A stretch of DNA of 64,000 bases from Leptospira sp. GTDB lineage: Bacteria; Spirochaetota; Leptospiria; Leptospirales; Leptospiraceae. The stretch spans positions 96,001 to 160,000 of the forward strand of contig JAWXAQ010000016.1 in assembly GCA_034439575.1 (NCBI GenBank), in the 5' to 3' direction. Below the pieces are notes generated by a model that made no database searches, had not been told where the DNA came from, and saw only the letters and a list, made by a program, of their open reading frames with translations. Below are positions 40,245-51,192 of this stretch, piece after piece (the stretch's first letter is position 1; every line of letters starts with the position of its first letter). A program made the translations under genes and the position numbers.

Positions 40245-40556
40245 CTAAAGATACGAGCAACAATAATCAGTAACAGTTTTTATCTGAAGCTTAAATTTTG
40301 CATTAGCGGGAACTTCAAATGTATACTTTCCTTTAATTTCTATCCAATCTTCGTTTTCAGGCAAAAGCACTTTCAAATCCCCAGACAAAATTTCCATAAT
40401 TTCTTTTTGCTCAGTACCAAATTCATAATCCCCAGGCAACATAATCCCCAAAGTTTTTTTCTCACCATGGGGAAAAAGGATAGTCCGACTCGTCACTTTC
40501 CCATCAAAATATACATTTGCCTTCTTAACGACTGTTATGTTTTGGAACGATTCCAT
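40245..40556 (-). CDS. ppnP: Pyrimidine/purine nucleoside phosphorylase (DUF1255)
   Basis: [26 protein letters not shown]...EIME...DYCCSY. Confidence 0.88.
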   Translation of the reverse strand: MESFQNITVVKKANVYFDGKVTSRTILFPHGEKKTLGIMLPGDYEFGTEQKEIMEILSGDLKVLLPENEDWIEIKGKYTFEVPANAKFKLQIKTVTDYCCSYL

Positions 40557-40909
40557 AATGTTTCTCCGAACTCTTAATTAAAGAACCAATTCTACTTTAG
40601 CATCTCTCCTTTCTAGCATTTTTTAATTCGTTTGAAAATCGATAAAGCTGCATTTTTCAATCATATTTGTTTGTTTGTAATGAAAATTTTTAATGAAAAA
40701 CCAAATGATTCAAACTCTATTAGCCCGTCTTTTAGAATCATTCACTTATCAAATACTAGGTGATCTTTATAATTGATTCGGTATATAATTCTAATTGAGA
40801 TCGAATCCAAATTAGAGTGAAAATATTTTTATACTTCGTATCTCTGATACAAATTTAAAAAGTGTTTGATTTATCTGGAAAATCGAAAAGGCTTTCCGTA
40901 TATAATTCA

Positions 40910-41518
40910 ATGAACGTTCCAGAAAATAAGAAAATTAAGGCGCGTGAAAAATCTATGGAAAGCATCAGAAATTCTGCTATTCATTTATTTTCTAGACACG
41001 GATTTTCAGGAACAACTATGGAAATGATCGCCAAGCATGCGAAAGTTTCTAAAGGGCTCGCCTACAATTATTTTAAAAGTAAAAATCAAATCTTTGAAAT
41101 GATTTTAGATCAACATCTTTCTAAACATGAATCGATATATAAATCAATTCCACCTCACTTACCTGCCAAAGAATATTTACGTGAATTTTTTCATAAATCA
41201 ACAGAGTTTATGACAAATGAAAAGAAAACCTTGATACTAATCTCTGTATGTTTGTACCAACCCCAATCGGTATCTCTTTCTAAAAAAATGACAGAAAGTT
41301 TCGAAAAAAGATTAGCACCTTTTAAAGAAACGATCAAAGAAAAATTTAGAAGTCTAGGAATCACAGATCCAGATGCCGAATTTTTATTTGTAAGAATTTT
41401 CTTACATGGAATTTTCACTTTGCAATGTGTTCATTTAAGTGAAGGATTCTCCGAATCTAAGTTAGTTGATTTATTTCTCTCAAGATACAGCGAAAAAAAC
41501 TCAGTCAACCATTCCTGA
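40910..41518 (+). CDS. TetR/AcrR family regulator
   Basis: AIHLFSRHGFSGTTMEMIAKHAKVSKGLAYNYFKSK. Confidence 0.9.
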   Translation: MNVPENKKIKAREKSMESIRNSAIHLFSRHGFSGTTMEMIAKHAKVSKGLAYNYFKSKNQIFEMILDQHLSKHESIYKSIPPHLPAKEYLREFFHKSTEFMTNEKKTLILISVCLYQPQSVSLSKKMTESFEKRLAPFKETIKEKFRSLGITDPDAEFLFVRIFLHGIFTLQCVHLSEGFSESKLVDLFLSRYSEKNSVNHS

Positions 41519-41974
41519 AGGAATTTTCAAAATCAATAAATTGGTTGTTGCTGTAGCCAGTAATTTCCCTTTTTCCGTTTTCATTTCCGCTGTCATATGC
41601 ATTGTAGAAAATCCTTTCGCTTCTATGTTAGCTGTGACAACGACTGATTGGTTTATAGCTACACTGCGAATGTATTGTATATTCATATCGATTGTAGTCG
41701 TTGGTTTTTTTGCGATTAAATAACTTAGCGGACCAAAGGCATTATCAAAAGCTGCTGCAATATATCCACCTTGCATAAATCCCATAGGATTTGTTTGATT
41801 TTCTTTAACGGGAAATAAGACAGTGATGCTTTTATTTTTTGTATAACTGATTATTTCAGCATTCATATCCATAAAAGATGGCGGTGGAACAGTCACCTTT
41901 CTAACTCCAGAATTAAATTCTTTCGTCATTTCATTTAATATTTTATTAGTTTCTTCTTTTGTTAATATAGACAT
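41501..41974 (-). CDS. PaaI family thioesterase
   Basis: NPMGFMQGGYIAAAFD hotdog-fold motif. Confidence 0.88.
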   Translation of the reverse strand: MSILTKEETNKILNEMTKEFNSGVRKVTVPPPSFMDMNAEIISYTKNKSITVLFPVKENQTNPMGFMQGGYIAAAFDNAFGPLSYLIAKKPTTTIDMNIQYIRSVAINQSVVVTANIEAKGFSTMHMTAEMKTEKGKLLATATTNLLILKIPSGMVD

Positions 41975-42006
41975 TCGATTAACCTCAATTTGTTATCATT
42001 TCAATA

Positions 42007-42068
42007 ATGTGACCAATTGTTACATCATTGAAATTTCTGTAAAGAAATTATGTTGCCATTGGTTACAT
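42007..42068. promoter_or_regulatory. Two palindromic operator-like sites between the divergent PaaI and TetR genes
   Basis: ATGTGACCAATTGTTACAT (42007-42025) and ATGTTGCCATTGGTTACAT (42050-42068). Confidence 0.65.
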
Positions 42069-42087
42069 AAAATTTATTTTATACATT

Positions 42088-42678
42088 ATGAAAAGAAAAA
42101 CATACCATCATGGAGATTTAAAGGCTACTCTTTTCAAATCTTGTCACAAATTGCTAAAAAAATTTGATCCAAGTGAAATTTCGTTACGCATTGTGGCAGA
42201 TCTCGCAGGCGTGTCACATTCTGCCATTTACAGACATTTTAAGGACAAAGATGAGTTACTAGAAGTTATGGCAGCCTATGGATTCGATAGACTTGCTCGT
42301 GCCCAAAATAAGGCTTTCGAAAAAGAAAAAAATTATGAAGCGGGTTTGATTCAACTCGGTTTAGCATACATACAATTCGCAACTTCAAATCCACATTATT
42401 ATAAAATAATGTTTTTAACAAAAAGAAATAATCCAAGCCATAACTTAAGAAGATCACAATTAAGGTCTTATTCTGTACTCGTATCGTCATGCAAACTATT
42501 TTTAAAAGAAAAAATGAATGCCACCGAACCAAGAGTATATGCACTTATGTGTTGGTCTCTTGTGCATGGGTATTCAAATCTATGTATAGAAACCGAGTTT
42601 CCTAAGTCAGAAGCGAGTTCTTTAAAAAAATCCTATCCCCATTTTGCTGAAGAAGTTTTAAGAAATGCGATCAATTAA
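42088..42678 (+). CDS. TetR family regulator (WHG-type C-terminus)
   Basis: YHHGDL, SLRIVADLAGVSHSAIYRHF, WSLVHG. Confidence 0.9.
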   Translation: MKRKTYHHGDLKATLFKSCHKLLKKFDPSEISLRIVADLAGVSHSAIYRHFKDKDELLEVMAAYGFDRLARAQNKAFEKEKNYEAGLIQLGLAYIQFATSNPHYYKIMFLTKRNNPSHNLRRSQLRSYSVLVSSCKLFLKEKMNATEPRVYALMCWSLVHGYSNLCIETEFPKSEASSLKKSYPHFAEEVLRNAIN

Positions 42679-43906
42679 ACCGCTTCGTTTTTCTATTAGT
42701 TTTATAGATACTCCCTCGACCTGACACAAAATAGGCGACATAACAAGAAATAAAATGATAAATTCCCATTTCGATACCAAAAATTTCTATTCCCATAATT
42801 GTACTCGCAATCGGCGTATTAGTTGATCCAGCAAAAACAGAAACAAACCCAAGCGATGCCAAAAATGCTATGGATAATGGTAAAAAAATCGAAATACTGT
42901 TTCCTAAAGTGGCACCTATAAAAAACAAAGGAGTCACTTCCCCTCCTTTGAATCCTGAACCTAAAGTTATACTCGTCATTACGAGTTTAGTCAAAAAATC
43001 AAAATTGGGAATTTGTTCGACAAAGGATTTTTGTATATAGGCTACACCTAGACCCATAAACCTATCGTTAATGATTGTTTGAAAAGCAATAAGCAATACA
43101 ATACCACCTATCAAAGTACGAATATAAGGTGGAGATATGAATCCAAACATACTTTTGGTAAATTTTGATACACCAAAATAAGTTCTGGCACATAAACCAA
43201 AGACTATCCCTGCCAGCGAAATATAAAAAAAAGTAGTGAAGGTAAAGATGGGGATTTTGCCTGCTGAATAGAGACTGTGCTCTGCACCACATAACAAACA
43301 GACATAGTGCGCAATGTATGCGGCAAAAAGCGCAGGAAGAAATGCTCTCATCCGAATTTTTCCGATCAGTATCACTTCTAAAGAAAAAACGGCACCTGCC
43401 CAAGGTGTTCCAAAAACAGATGCAAAGCCAGCACTTACACCCATGATCAGAATTAATTTTCTCTCAATACCTTTCAATTGAAATGTGTTCGCTATACGTT
43501 CAGATATTCCACCACCCATTTGAATGGCTGTGCCTTCCCTGCCAGCAGAGCCGCCAACGAGATGTGTGAGCAAAGTGGAAACATAAATCATAGGAACCAT
43601 GCGAAACGGTATGGGATTTTTTTCCGCTTGGATTTCTTCAAAGATCAAATCATTTCCGCTACTAACTTGTTTGCCATATTTATGATAAAAATACCCAATC
43701 ATAAATCCTACTACTGGAAGTAAAAAAACCATTTCGGGAAATCCCAAACGAATGTTCGTTATATGATCTAGGGAAATAAGAAAAAATGCATTTGTAATGC
43801 CGATGGTTATCCCTGTAATGATTGCAAATAATAAGATACGAAATATTGAGCGCAAACTAACATGAATTCCATTTATTAAATTTACATTTTTTTTTATTTT
43901 GCCCAT
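42671..43906 (-). CDS. CLC family transporter, CLC-F (fluoride/H+) type
   Basis: GNDLI, GREGT and GEVTP signature motifs. Confidence 0.8.
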   Translation of the reverse strand: MGKIKKNVNLINGIHVSLRSIFRILLFAIITGITIGITNAFFLISLDHITNIRLGFPEMVFLLPVVGFMIGYFYHKYGKQVSSGNDLIFEEIQAEKNPIPFRMVPMIYVSTLLTHLVGGSAGREGTAIQMGGGISERIANTFQLKGIERKLILIMGVSAGFASVFGTPWAGAVFSLEVILIGKIRMRAFLPALFAAYIAHYVCLLCGAEHSLYSAGKIPIFTFTTFFYISLAGIVFGLCARTYFGVSKFTKSMFGFISPPYIRTLIGGIVLLIAFQTIINDRFMGLGVAYIQKSFVEQIPNFDFLTKLVMTSITLGSGFKGGEVTPLFFIGATLGNSISIFLPLSIAFLASLGFVSVFAGSTNTPIASTIMGIEIFGIEMGIYHFISCYVAYFVSGRGSIYKTNRKTKRFN

Positions 43907-44031
43907 TTTTTAAAAAAGACTCTGCATTCCATCTAAAAAAAATACAACTTAAAATCAAATTCATTCTTTTGATGCAAGACTCTTTGAAATTGTTCTATAT
44001 CACAAACTTTTGATATAAATTGTAGGTATTT

Positions 44032-46524
44032 ATGGAGTTTCCCGTACTAGAACAATTACAAGCGATCCTCCAATACCTTGCACATGAACCGATATGTGTT
44101 TTGGAATCGCCACCTGGTTCTGGAAAAACTACAGTTTTGCCTTTAGAAATTATGAAGGCAAAACTTTTTGGCGAAAAAAAAATTTTGATTTTGGAACCTA
44201 GACGTATCGCGGCAAAAAATGCTGCCAAAAGATTAAGTCAGATCAATAACTCAATCTTAGGTGAAGATATAGGCTATAGAATTCGATTTGATACAAAGGT
44301 CAAAAAAACGACTCGCATTGAAGTTGTGACAGATGGAATACTAACAAGGATATTATTGAAAGACCCATCCTTATCTGAATATGGACTGATCATTTTTGAT
44401 GAATTCCATGAAAGAAGTTTAGATTCCGATTTTTGTTTTGCACTCACAAAAAGGACACAAAGTTTATTTCGTTCTGATTTGCGAATTTTAATCATGTCTG
44501 CCACTTTAGATGGCATCAGTTTTAATAAATTAAATTCTGATATCAGGCCAATATTGGCACAAGGGAAAACATATCCTGTTAAAATTCATCATCAAGGAGA
44601 ATCGGAACGCAGACAAAGTATCCGTCTCGCCGAATTAATTCCCAAGGCCTTACAAAAACATGAGGGAGATGTTTTAGTATTTTTTTCAGGTATCGGCGAA
44701 ATCATGGAAGCCGAAAGAGAACTAAAAAAAAATTTGGGGGACAATCACCAAATATCCATTCATCGACTATACGGCGATATGACATTCGAAGAACAAGAAA
44801 ATGTTTTTTTAAAATCAAAATCTGGTATGAGAAAAGTGATACTTTCCACAAATATAGCCGAGTCCTCTGTCACGATTCCTAACGTACGTACGGTGATAGA
44901 TACTGGATTTTGCAAAAGGGCAATTTATGACGTCAATTCTGGATTGACAAAATTAGAAAAAAAAAGGATCAGTTTATCTTCCGCCAAACAAAGAGCAGGT
45001 AGATCTGGCAGAGAGGCAGAAGGAAATTGTTACAGACTTTGGAGTGAGGTAGAAGAGAAAAATTTTGTGACAGCTCATCCACCTGAAATATTAGAAACAG
45101 ATATTTCTAATCATATTCTATTATCAGAAATTTGGGGCGAAGACATCTCTACCTTGCCACTTATCGACTTACCGAAGTTAGGAATCATTGAAGAAACAAA
45201 AAAACTGTTAGTAGAACTTGGTGCTTTAACACCTGATTATAAAATTACTCCACTCGGAGAACAAGCCGCAGTTCTACCATTGCCACTGAGAATTTCAATT
45301 ATGTGCCTTAAACTCATTAATAATGGACACAGAGAATTTGGGATCGAACTGGCAGCCGTTTTTTCAGAAAGAAAAATCCTAATGGAATCAAATCAATTTA
45401 TGGATTTTACTTTCGTTTGGGAAAAATGGAACCAACAAAAAAGTAAAACTGCATACCAAAAGATCACACAAATACAAACCCAACTCAAATCAATGTTAAA
45501 TGAAAATCTAATTTCAAAAAACAATAATGAAGATACAAATGTACCAAGTCTTGGCCTTGCACTAAGTTTTGCCTATCCCGACAGAATCACTCGCGCAAGA
45601 GAAATTAATAGCAAAAGATATAAAATGTCCAATGGTAAAGGCGCCGTAATGAAGGACGAAGTAAATTTAAAATTTCCCGAATGGATTTTGATATTAGATA
45701 CCGACGGAGCTGAACCCGAAGCAAAAATTCTTTTTTATGTACCTTTGTTAGAAAAAGAAATTTTTTCTTCTTATGCAAATAAAATCAAAATCATCCCCTC
45801 AGCTGAAATTGATACTGATGAAAAAAATAAGGTTGTTTTGAGATCATTCGCTGAATATAAACTAGGTGAAGTAATCATAAAACGATCCAGTTCAAATAGT
45901 AAAGATCAAAATTTCATTAGTGAAACTATTTATTCTTATTTTTCGAAATTTGGCTTCCTCCAAATTTTTGAAAAAAATGAGTTCGCAAATGAACTATTAA
46001 CGCGCATTAAGCTACTTTCTAAATCTGGATTCAAAATAGATCCACCAAGCGAAGAATCTTTGTTAGCAGATTGGAAAAATTGGCTACTTCCTTCCTTTGA
46101 CCTGAACAAAACTAATATAGTATTGAATGATTTAAACCCTGTTGAATGTTTGAATTCACTCTACTCTTATGCAGAAAAAGAATTAATCCAAAAAGAAACA
46201 CCCACGCATTTTATAGTACCGAGCGGTTCAAAAATTAAAATTGATTATTCAAATCCCAGCGGACCTTTCCTTTCTGTGAAACTGCAAGAATTATTTGGAC
46301 TTAAAGAATCACCAAAAATTGTAGGTGGGAAAATTGCACTCACCTTACATTTATTATCCCCCGCAGGTCGCCCTGTACAAGTCACTTCCGATTTAAAAAA
46401 TTTTTGGGACTCAACATACCATGAGGTAAAAAAAGAATTAAAAGGTCGGTATCCAAGGCACCCTTGGCCTGATTCACCATGGGAAGCTATTGCTAGTAAA
46501 GGAATCAAAAAGAAGTCCTTATAA
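44032..46524 (+). CDS. hrpB: ATP-dependent RNA helicase HrpB
   Basis: PPGSGKTT, DEFHERS, SAT, QRAGRSGR, and C-terminal LSPAGRP..FW..Y..KGRYPRHPWP. Confidence 0.93.
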   Translation: MEFPVLEQLQAILQYLAHEPICVLESPPGSGKTTVLPLEIMKAKLFGEKKILILEPRRIAAKNAAKRLSQINNSILGEDIGYRIRFDTKVKKTTRIEVVTDGILTRILLKDPSLSEYGLIIFDEFHERSLDSDFCFALTKRTQSLFRSDLRILIMSATLDGISFNKLNSDIRPILAQGKTYPVKIHHQGESERRQSIRLAELIPKALQKHEGDVLVFFSGIGEIMEAERELKKNLGDNHQISIHRLYGDMTFEEQENVFLKSKSGMRKVILSTNIAESSVTIPNVRTVIDTGFCKRAIYDVNSGLTKLEKKRISLSSAKQRAGRSGREAEGNCYRLWSEVEEKNFVTAHPPEILETDISNHILLSEIWGEDISTLPLIDLPKLGIIEETKKLLVELGALTPDYKITPLGEQAAVLPLPLRISIMCLKLINNGHREFGIELAAVFSERKILMESNQFMDFTFVWEKWNQQKSKTAYQKITQIQTQLKSMLNENLISKNNNEDTNVPSLGLALSFAYPDRITRAREINSKRYKMSNGKGAVMKDEVNLKFPEWILILDTDGAEPEAKILFYVPLLEKEIFSSYANKIKIIPSAEIDTDEKNKVVLRSFAEYKLGEVIIKRSSSNSKDQNFISETIYSYFSKFGFLQIFEKNEFANELLTRIKLLSKSGFKIDPPSEESLLADWKNWLLPSFDLNKTNIVLNDLNPVECLNSLYSYAEKELIQKETPTHFIVPSGSKIKIDYSNPSGPFLSVKLQELFGLKESPKIVGGKIALTLHLLSPAGRPVQVTSDLKNFWDSTYHEVKKELKGRYPRHPWPDSPWEAIASKGIKKKSL

Positions 46525-47046
46525 CAGACGTTCGTAGAGAGTAGTCCATCCTCTTTGATTGACCGAAAATTTATTTTTGCAATTTGGACAGGAATGATCG
46601 CCTATTTTTTGGACTTTTAATTTTTGAGAACATGCGGGACAAGAAACCAATATGTCATCTTTTCTGGATGTCGGATTTTTTATTTCCAGTTTTGGTTCTG
46701 TGTTGCTCTCATTGGCGGGAACTGAAGGAATCCCCTGGGATTCCAGAAAAAGTTTTGCATCTTTGGCATTTGTAAATTGGGGGAAAAGATCCAAGATATT
46801 TTGCTTCTGAAATTCTTGATTGAGTGCACTGGGCAATCCAGTGAGAGCCAATTTCGAAGCCGTTTCTCCCAATCTTTTGGCAATTTTATGAAAATACATG
46901 GCACCGACTTCGTCTGCCGATACCAGAAGCGAACAATCTAAGCAAAATAAAGTCGGAGATTGACTCTGTTCTTTAATTTTTAAATAAAGTTCAGATCCCA
47001 TTTCGGCAGAAAGTGACCCTGAGAGATGAATTAGGAGAGAATCCAA
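46519..47046 (-). CDS. STAS-like domain protein with a C-terminal Zn ribbon
   Basis: STAS-like N-terminus; CPAC...CPNC. Confidence 0.7.
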   Translation of the reverse strand: MDSLLIHLSGSLSAEMGSELYLKIKEQSQSPTLFCLDCSLLVSADEVGAMYFHKIAKRLGETASKLALTGLPSALNQEFQKQNILDLFPQFTNAKDAKLFLESQGIPSVPANESNTEPKLEIKNPTSRKDDILVSCPACSQKLKVQKIGDHSCPNCKNKFSVNQRGWTTLYERLL

Positions 47047-47129
47047 AAATGCTTTTTCCTCTTTTCTGATCTTCGGAATGGATTCTGTATTTACAAGGAA
47101 TTTTGCACAATTTACACTATTTCCTAGAT

Positions 47130-49009
47130 ATGAATTCCATCCCGCGCCGTTACTGGGTTTTCCCCGTTGACATCATTTTCATGATTTTGTCCTACTTTCT
47201 CGCACATATTGTCAGGTTTGAAAGTTTTAGTTTTTTGGAAAACCGAGAGGTCTTTTTCACCTGCCTTGGAATCGTCGTTGTGACTCGCTCCATCGTATTC
47301 TTATATTCTGGAATTTATAAATCACTTTGGTCTTATGCAAGTATCCATGATTTATTGGAAATAATCAAAGCGACTCTGCTTTCATCTCTTGTTTCAACAA
47401 TAGCCATTCTCTTTTATAATCGTTTTTCGCAACTCTCAAGAATGGTACCAATGCTTGATACCTTATTCCTGTTAGGTTTTTTATGCCTAAGGAGTTTGGG
47501 ATGGCGGATGTTACGTGACCAATTATTTCAACCAAATGCCAAACATGGAACTCCCATCCTTCTTGTCGGTGCAGGGAAGTTAGGTGCCACTTTTTTATCA
47601 GAAATTCGCAGGCATACAGAATTAGATCTTAATGCCGTGGGATTTTTGGATGACAATACTTCAAAAATCGGAGGTTACATTCAAGGCGTACCCATATTAG
47701 GTGATACTGCCTCCGCAGAAGAAATCATATTTAAATTTGGGATTAAAAAAGTAATTATGACAGCTACCCAACCTGATGGGCGTGTGGTGAGCCAATTGAT
47801 GAAAACTTGCGAATCTGCCGGTGTTGATTTTAAAATTTTACCATCCTTTAGTGAATATTTTTTAGACAAACCAAAGATCAACCAACTCCGAGAAGTCCAA
47901 GTCGAAGACTTACTCGGTCGACCCACAGTAGATTTAGAAATAGATCAAATCAGATCTTACTTGGAAGGAAAAGATATTTTAGTCACGGGAGCCGGTGGAT
48001 CTATTGGCTCAGAAATATGTCGTCAAGTCGCTCTCTTCAAACCGAGATCCTTAATTTTGTTAGACGCCGCAGAAACACCGTTATATGAAATCGATTACGA
48101 GTTAAGAAAAAACTATGCTTTACTCCCGATTCAGTTTCGTTCCGTTGTTGCTGATGTAAAAAATCTTTCGCGATTATCGGCTGTATTTGAAGAATTTAGA
48201 CCCAGCGTCGTTTTTCACTCAGCGGCTTACAAACACGTTCCTATGATGGAGATCAATCCTTCAGAAGCTGTGTTAAATAATGTACTAGGAACAAAAAACG
48301 TAGCAGATGTTTGTCGGCTAAATGGTGTAGACCGATTTGTCCTTATCTCCACAGACAAAGCAGTCAATCCAGTCAATGTTATGGGTGTATCCAAACGTGC
48401 GGCTGAAATTTATTTACAACATATTTCACAAAACTCACGCACAAAATTCATTACCGTCCGTTTCGGGAACGTGCTCGGTTCGAATGGAAGTGTGATTCCA
48501 AGATTTCGGGAACAAATCAAACGCGGTGGACCCATTACCGTGACGCACCCCGATGTGATTCGTTATTTTATGACGATCCCAGAAGCCACGCAATTAGTAT
48601 TGCAAGCAGGCTCAATGGGCGAACACGGGGAAATATTTATTTTGGATATGGGAGAACCAGTTAAAATATTGACTCTTGCAGAAGAGATGATCCGCCTTTC
48701 TGGATACACTCCGCACAAAGACATTAAAATTGAATTTACAGGCCTCAGACCTGGTGAAAAACTTTTCGAAGAACTTATGTTAGATGAAGAGGGGATTAAA
48801 AAGACCCACCATCCAAAAATTCGTATTGCCGCTCCTCTAGAGTCTTATAATTTACTTCTCTTTCAAAATAAATTAAACAAACTTTTTTCCCTTGCAAAAG
48901 CAAATAAGACAAAGAAATTTTCTTTGCCTTTAAAGACATCATTCCTGAATATAAAATTCACGAAGAATACCTTGCATGGGAATCTAAAGCCGGGAAAAAA
49001 ATGTTATGA
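47130..49009 (+). CDS. CapD/WbpM-type nucleoside-diphosphate sugar dehydratase with a probable 1-bp frameshift near the 3' end
   Basis: TGAGGSIGSE, HSAAYKHVP, STDKAVNP, VRFGNVLGS; the family-like end IIPEY lies in another frame that stops at 49009. Confidence 0.85.
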
Positions 49010-49482
49010 GCCAGACCCTTACTCCTGATGAGATAACCACTCTACGCGAATTCAAACGACAATTATTCAATTTGTATTGGGAAAAGTTTGGGGTTTTTTA
49101 TATTCATGTGATGCCCCATCCAAAATTAGAAATTGGAAAACGAGGACTCTTAAATGCGGAAAAGGAATCTGGCATTGTTTTAGTATTTGGGGACAAGGCA
49201 GTCAAAATCATTGATAGTCATGCGGATTATATTTTCGCCGAACTTCAATTTGGTTCTACATGGGAACCTACGATCATTCCTTGGGATGCCGTATTTCGCA
49301 TTTATGATAAATTTCAAAATTCCGCATCCCAATTACGATTTTTGCAATTGGATAGTGGACTCGATTCAGTTCCAACCAAACCTACTAAAAATACAGACAA
49401 ACCAGAGCCCTCGTCTAAGCCTGATTATTCGGAAGAAGGCAATGTGATACGCGTGGACTTCGGAGGGAAAAAAAGCGAATGA
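49006..49482 (+). CDS. sspB: ClpXP adaptor / stringent starvation protein B-like
   Basis: IVLVF..AELQFG...IPWDAVFRIYD and C-terminal NVIRVDF. Confidence 0.7.
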   Translation: MSQTLTPDEITTLREFKRQLFNLYWEKFGVFYIHVMPHPKLEIGKRGLLNAEKESGIVLVFGDKAVKIIDSHADYIFAELQFGSTWEPTIIPWDAVFRIYDKFQNSASQLRFLQLDSGLDSVPTKPTKNTDKPEPSSKPDYSEEGNVIRVDFGGKKSE

Positions 49483-51080
49483 AATACTTTAGCATCAGTC
49501 GTGGTGACATTGACGGATTTTTCGGCCTTATGGTTGATAATCTCATCCAACTCTTAGTTCTTACAGCTTTATGCACAACTCTTTGTGGGTTTCCACTAGC
49601 CTTTGTTACATCCGTTGTATTGCCAGGAGCCGCGGTATCGCTTCTCTTTGGAAATTTATTTTATTCCTGGCAGGCCTACCAATTGGGCAAAAGGACAAAC
49701 CGAACAGACGTTACAGCTCTTCCTTATGGTATCAATACTGTATCTCTTTTTGCTTTTGTATTTTTTGTGATGTTTCCTGTCTACCAAGCAACTAACGATT
49801 ATAAGGCGTCATGGAAAGCAGGTTTACTTGCCTCTTTTATTTCAGGACTGATAGAACTTTTTGGATCATTTGTCGCAGAAAAGATTCGTAAATCCACCCC
49901 GAGAGCCGCTTTACTTTCTGCTCTTGCTGGTATTGCCATTACTTTTATTTCTATGGACTTTTTACTAAAAACCTTCGAACATCCATTAGTTGCTTTTATC
50001 CCACTTGGCATCATTCTTTTACAATATTTTGGTAAGGTCAAATTCCCACTGGGTATTCCTGGTGGTCTACTTTCCATACTCTTTGGAATCGCCCTTGCGT
50101 TTTTGTCAAAATTTATAGGTGATCCAATCTTCCAAGAAGGTGCCTTTCAAAAAGGAGCCGCCACTGTGGGAATTTATTTCCCAAAATTGGCACTATTTGA
50201 TCTCTTTGATGTATTAAATTTTGCGAATATAAAAGCTTATATGGCTGTCATATTGCCTATGGGAATTTTTAATGTGATCGGCTCTTTACAAAATATTGAA
50301 TCAGCCGAGGCTTCGGGTGATCATTTTGATACAAAATCATCGCTTCTTGTGAATGGTGCAGGCACATTGCTTGGAACTCTTTTTGGCTCACCCTTTCCGA
50401 CGACGATCTATATCGGACACCCTGGCTGGAAAGGTCTCGGTGCCAAACACGGTTATTCGGTGTTAAACGGTATTTTTATGAGTGTTATATGCTTTCTCGG
50501 GCTCATGGGTCTTTTGCAGGCGATAGTACCCGTTGAGGCTGGCATGGCCATTGTACTTTGGATAGGGATAGTTATTGCCGCGCAAGCTTTCCAAGCCACA
50601 CCAAAAAATCACGCACCCGCTGTGGTTGTCGGCCTCTTACCAGCATTAGCTGGCTGGGCTGTGTTAATCTTTCAAAATGTGTTTTTATACTTAGATAGAA
50701 ATTTGCAATCCGTATTGGCAGATGCTGGCGTAAAAACCGAGCATCACTTTTATTTATCAGATATAAATATCCATGCTCCCTTTTTACCATATGCGATGGC
50801 CGGGGTGCTTTCCCTTTCCCAAGGTTTTCTATTGTCTTCTATGGTATGGTCGGCAATCATCGTTTATTTATTAGAAAGAGAGTTTTTAAAATCGGCAATT
50901 TGGGCAATGGTGGGTGCAGGCCTTGCAAGTTTGGGATGGATCCATGCGTACAAATTATCCGGAAATGCGATCTTGAATGAATTTTCCCTTTTTTCCAATT
51001 GGCAATTCCCATTGGCATATTTATTACTCGGAATCCTATTTTTAGCTACACACCGATTGGCCAAAAAAGAACCAAACTGA
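49479..51080 (+). CDS. NCS2/AzgA-like nucleobase permease
   Basis: GDIDGFFGL, TALPYG, ESAEASGD, IYIGHPGWK. Confidence 0.8.
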   Translation: MKYFSISRGDIDGFFGLMVDNLIQLLVLTALCTTLCGFPLAFVTSVVLPGAAVSLLFGNLFYSWQAYQLGKRTNRTDVTALPYGINTVSLFAFVFFVMFPVYQATNDYKASWKAGLLASFISGLIELFGSFVAEKIRKSTPRAALLSALAGIAITFISMDFLLKTFEHPLVAFIPLGIILLQYFGKVKFPLGIPGGLLSILFGIALAFLSKFIGDPIFQEGAFQKGAATVGIYFPKLALFDLFDVLNFANIKAYMAVILPMGIFNVIGSLQNIESAEASGDHFDTKSSLLVNGAGTLLGTLFGSPFPTTIYIGHPGWKGLGAKHGYSVLNGIFMSVICFLGLMGLLQAIVPVEAGMAIVLWIGIVIAAQAFQATPKNHAPAVVVGLLPALAGWAVLIFQNVFLYLDRNLQSVLADAGVKTEHHFYLSDINIHAPFLPYAMAGVLSLSQGFLLSSMVWSAIIVYLLEREFLKSAIWAMVGAGLASLGWIHAYKLSGNAILNEFSLFSNWQFPLAYLLLGILFLATHRLAKKEPN

Positions 51081-51192
51081 TTCCTTACAAAAAGACTTGT
51101 AAATAATGTTCGCTATAGGTATAAATATTTTTGTCTAATGATTAGCGTCAGGTATTTTCGAATACAAGACCAATAAGGAGAACAAAGCTTCT

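Noticed and set aside
43907-44031. Fluoride riboswitch upstream of the CLC gene
   Set aside because: The conserved riboswitch elements were not found by eye
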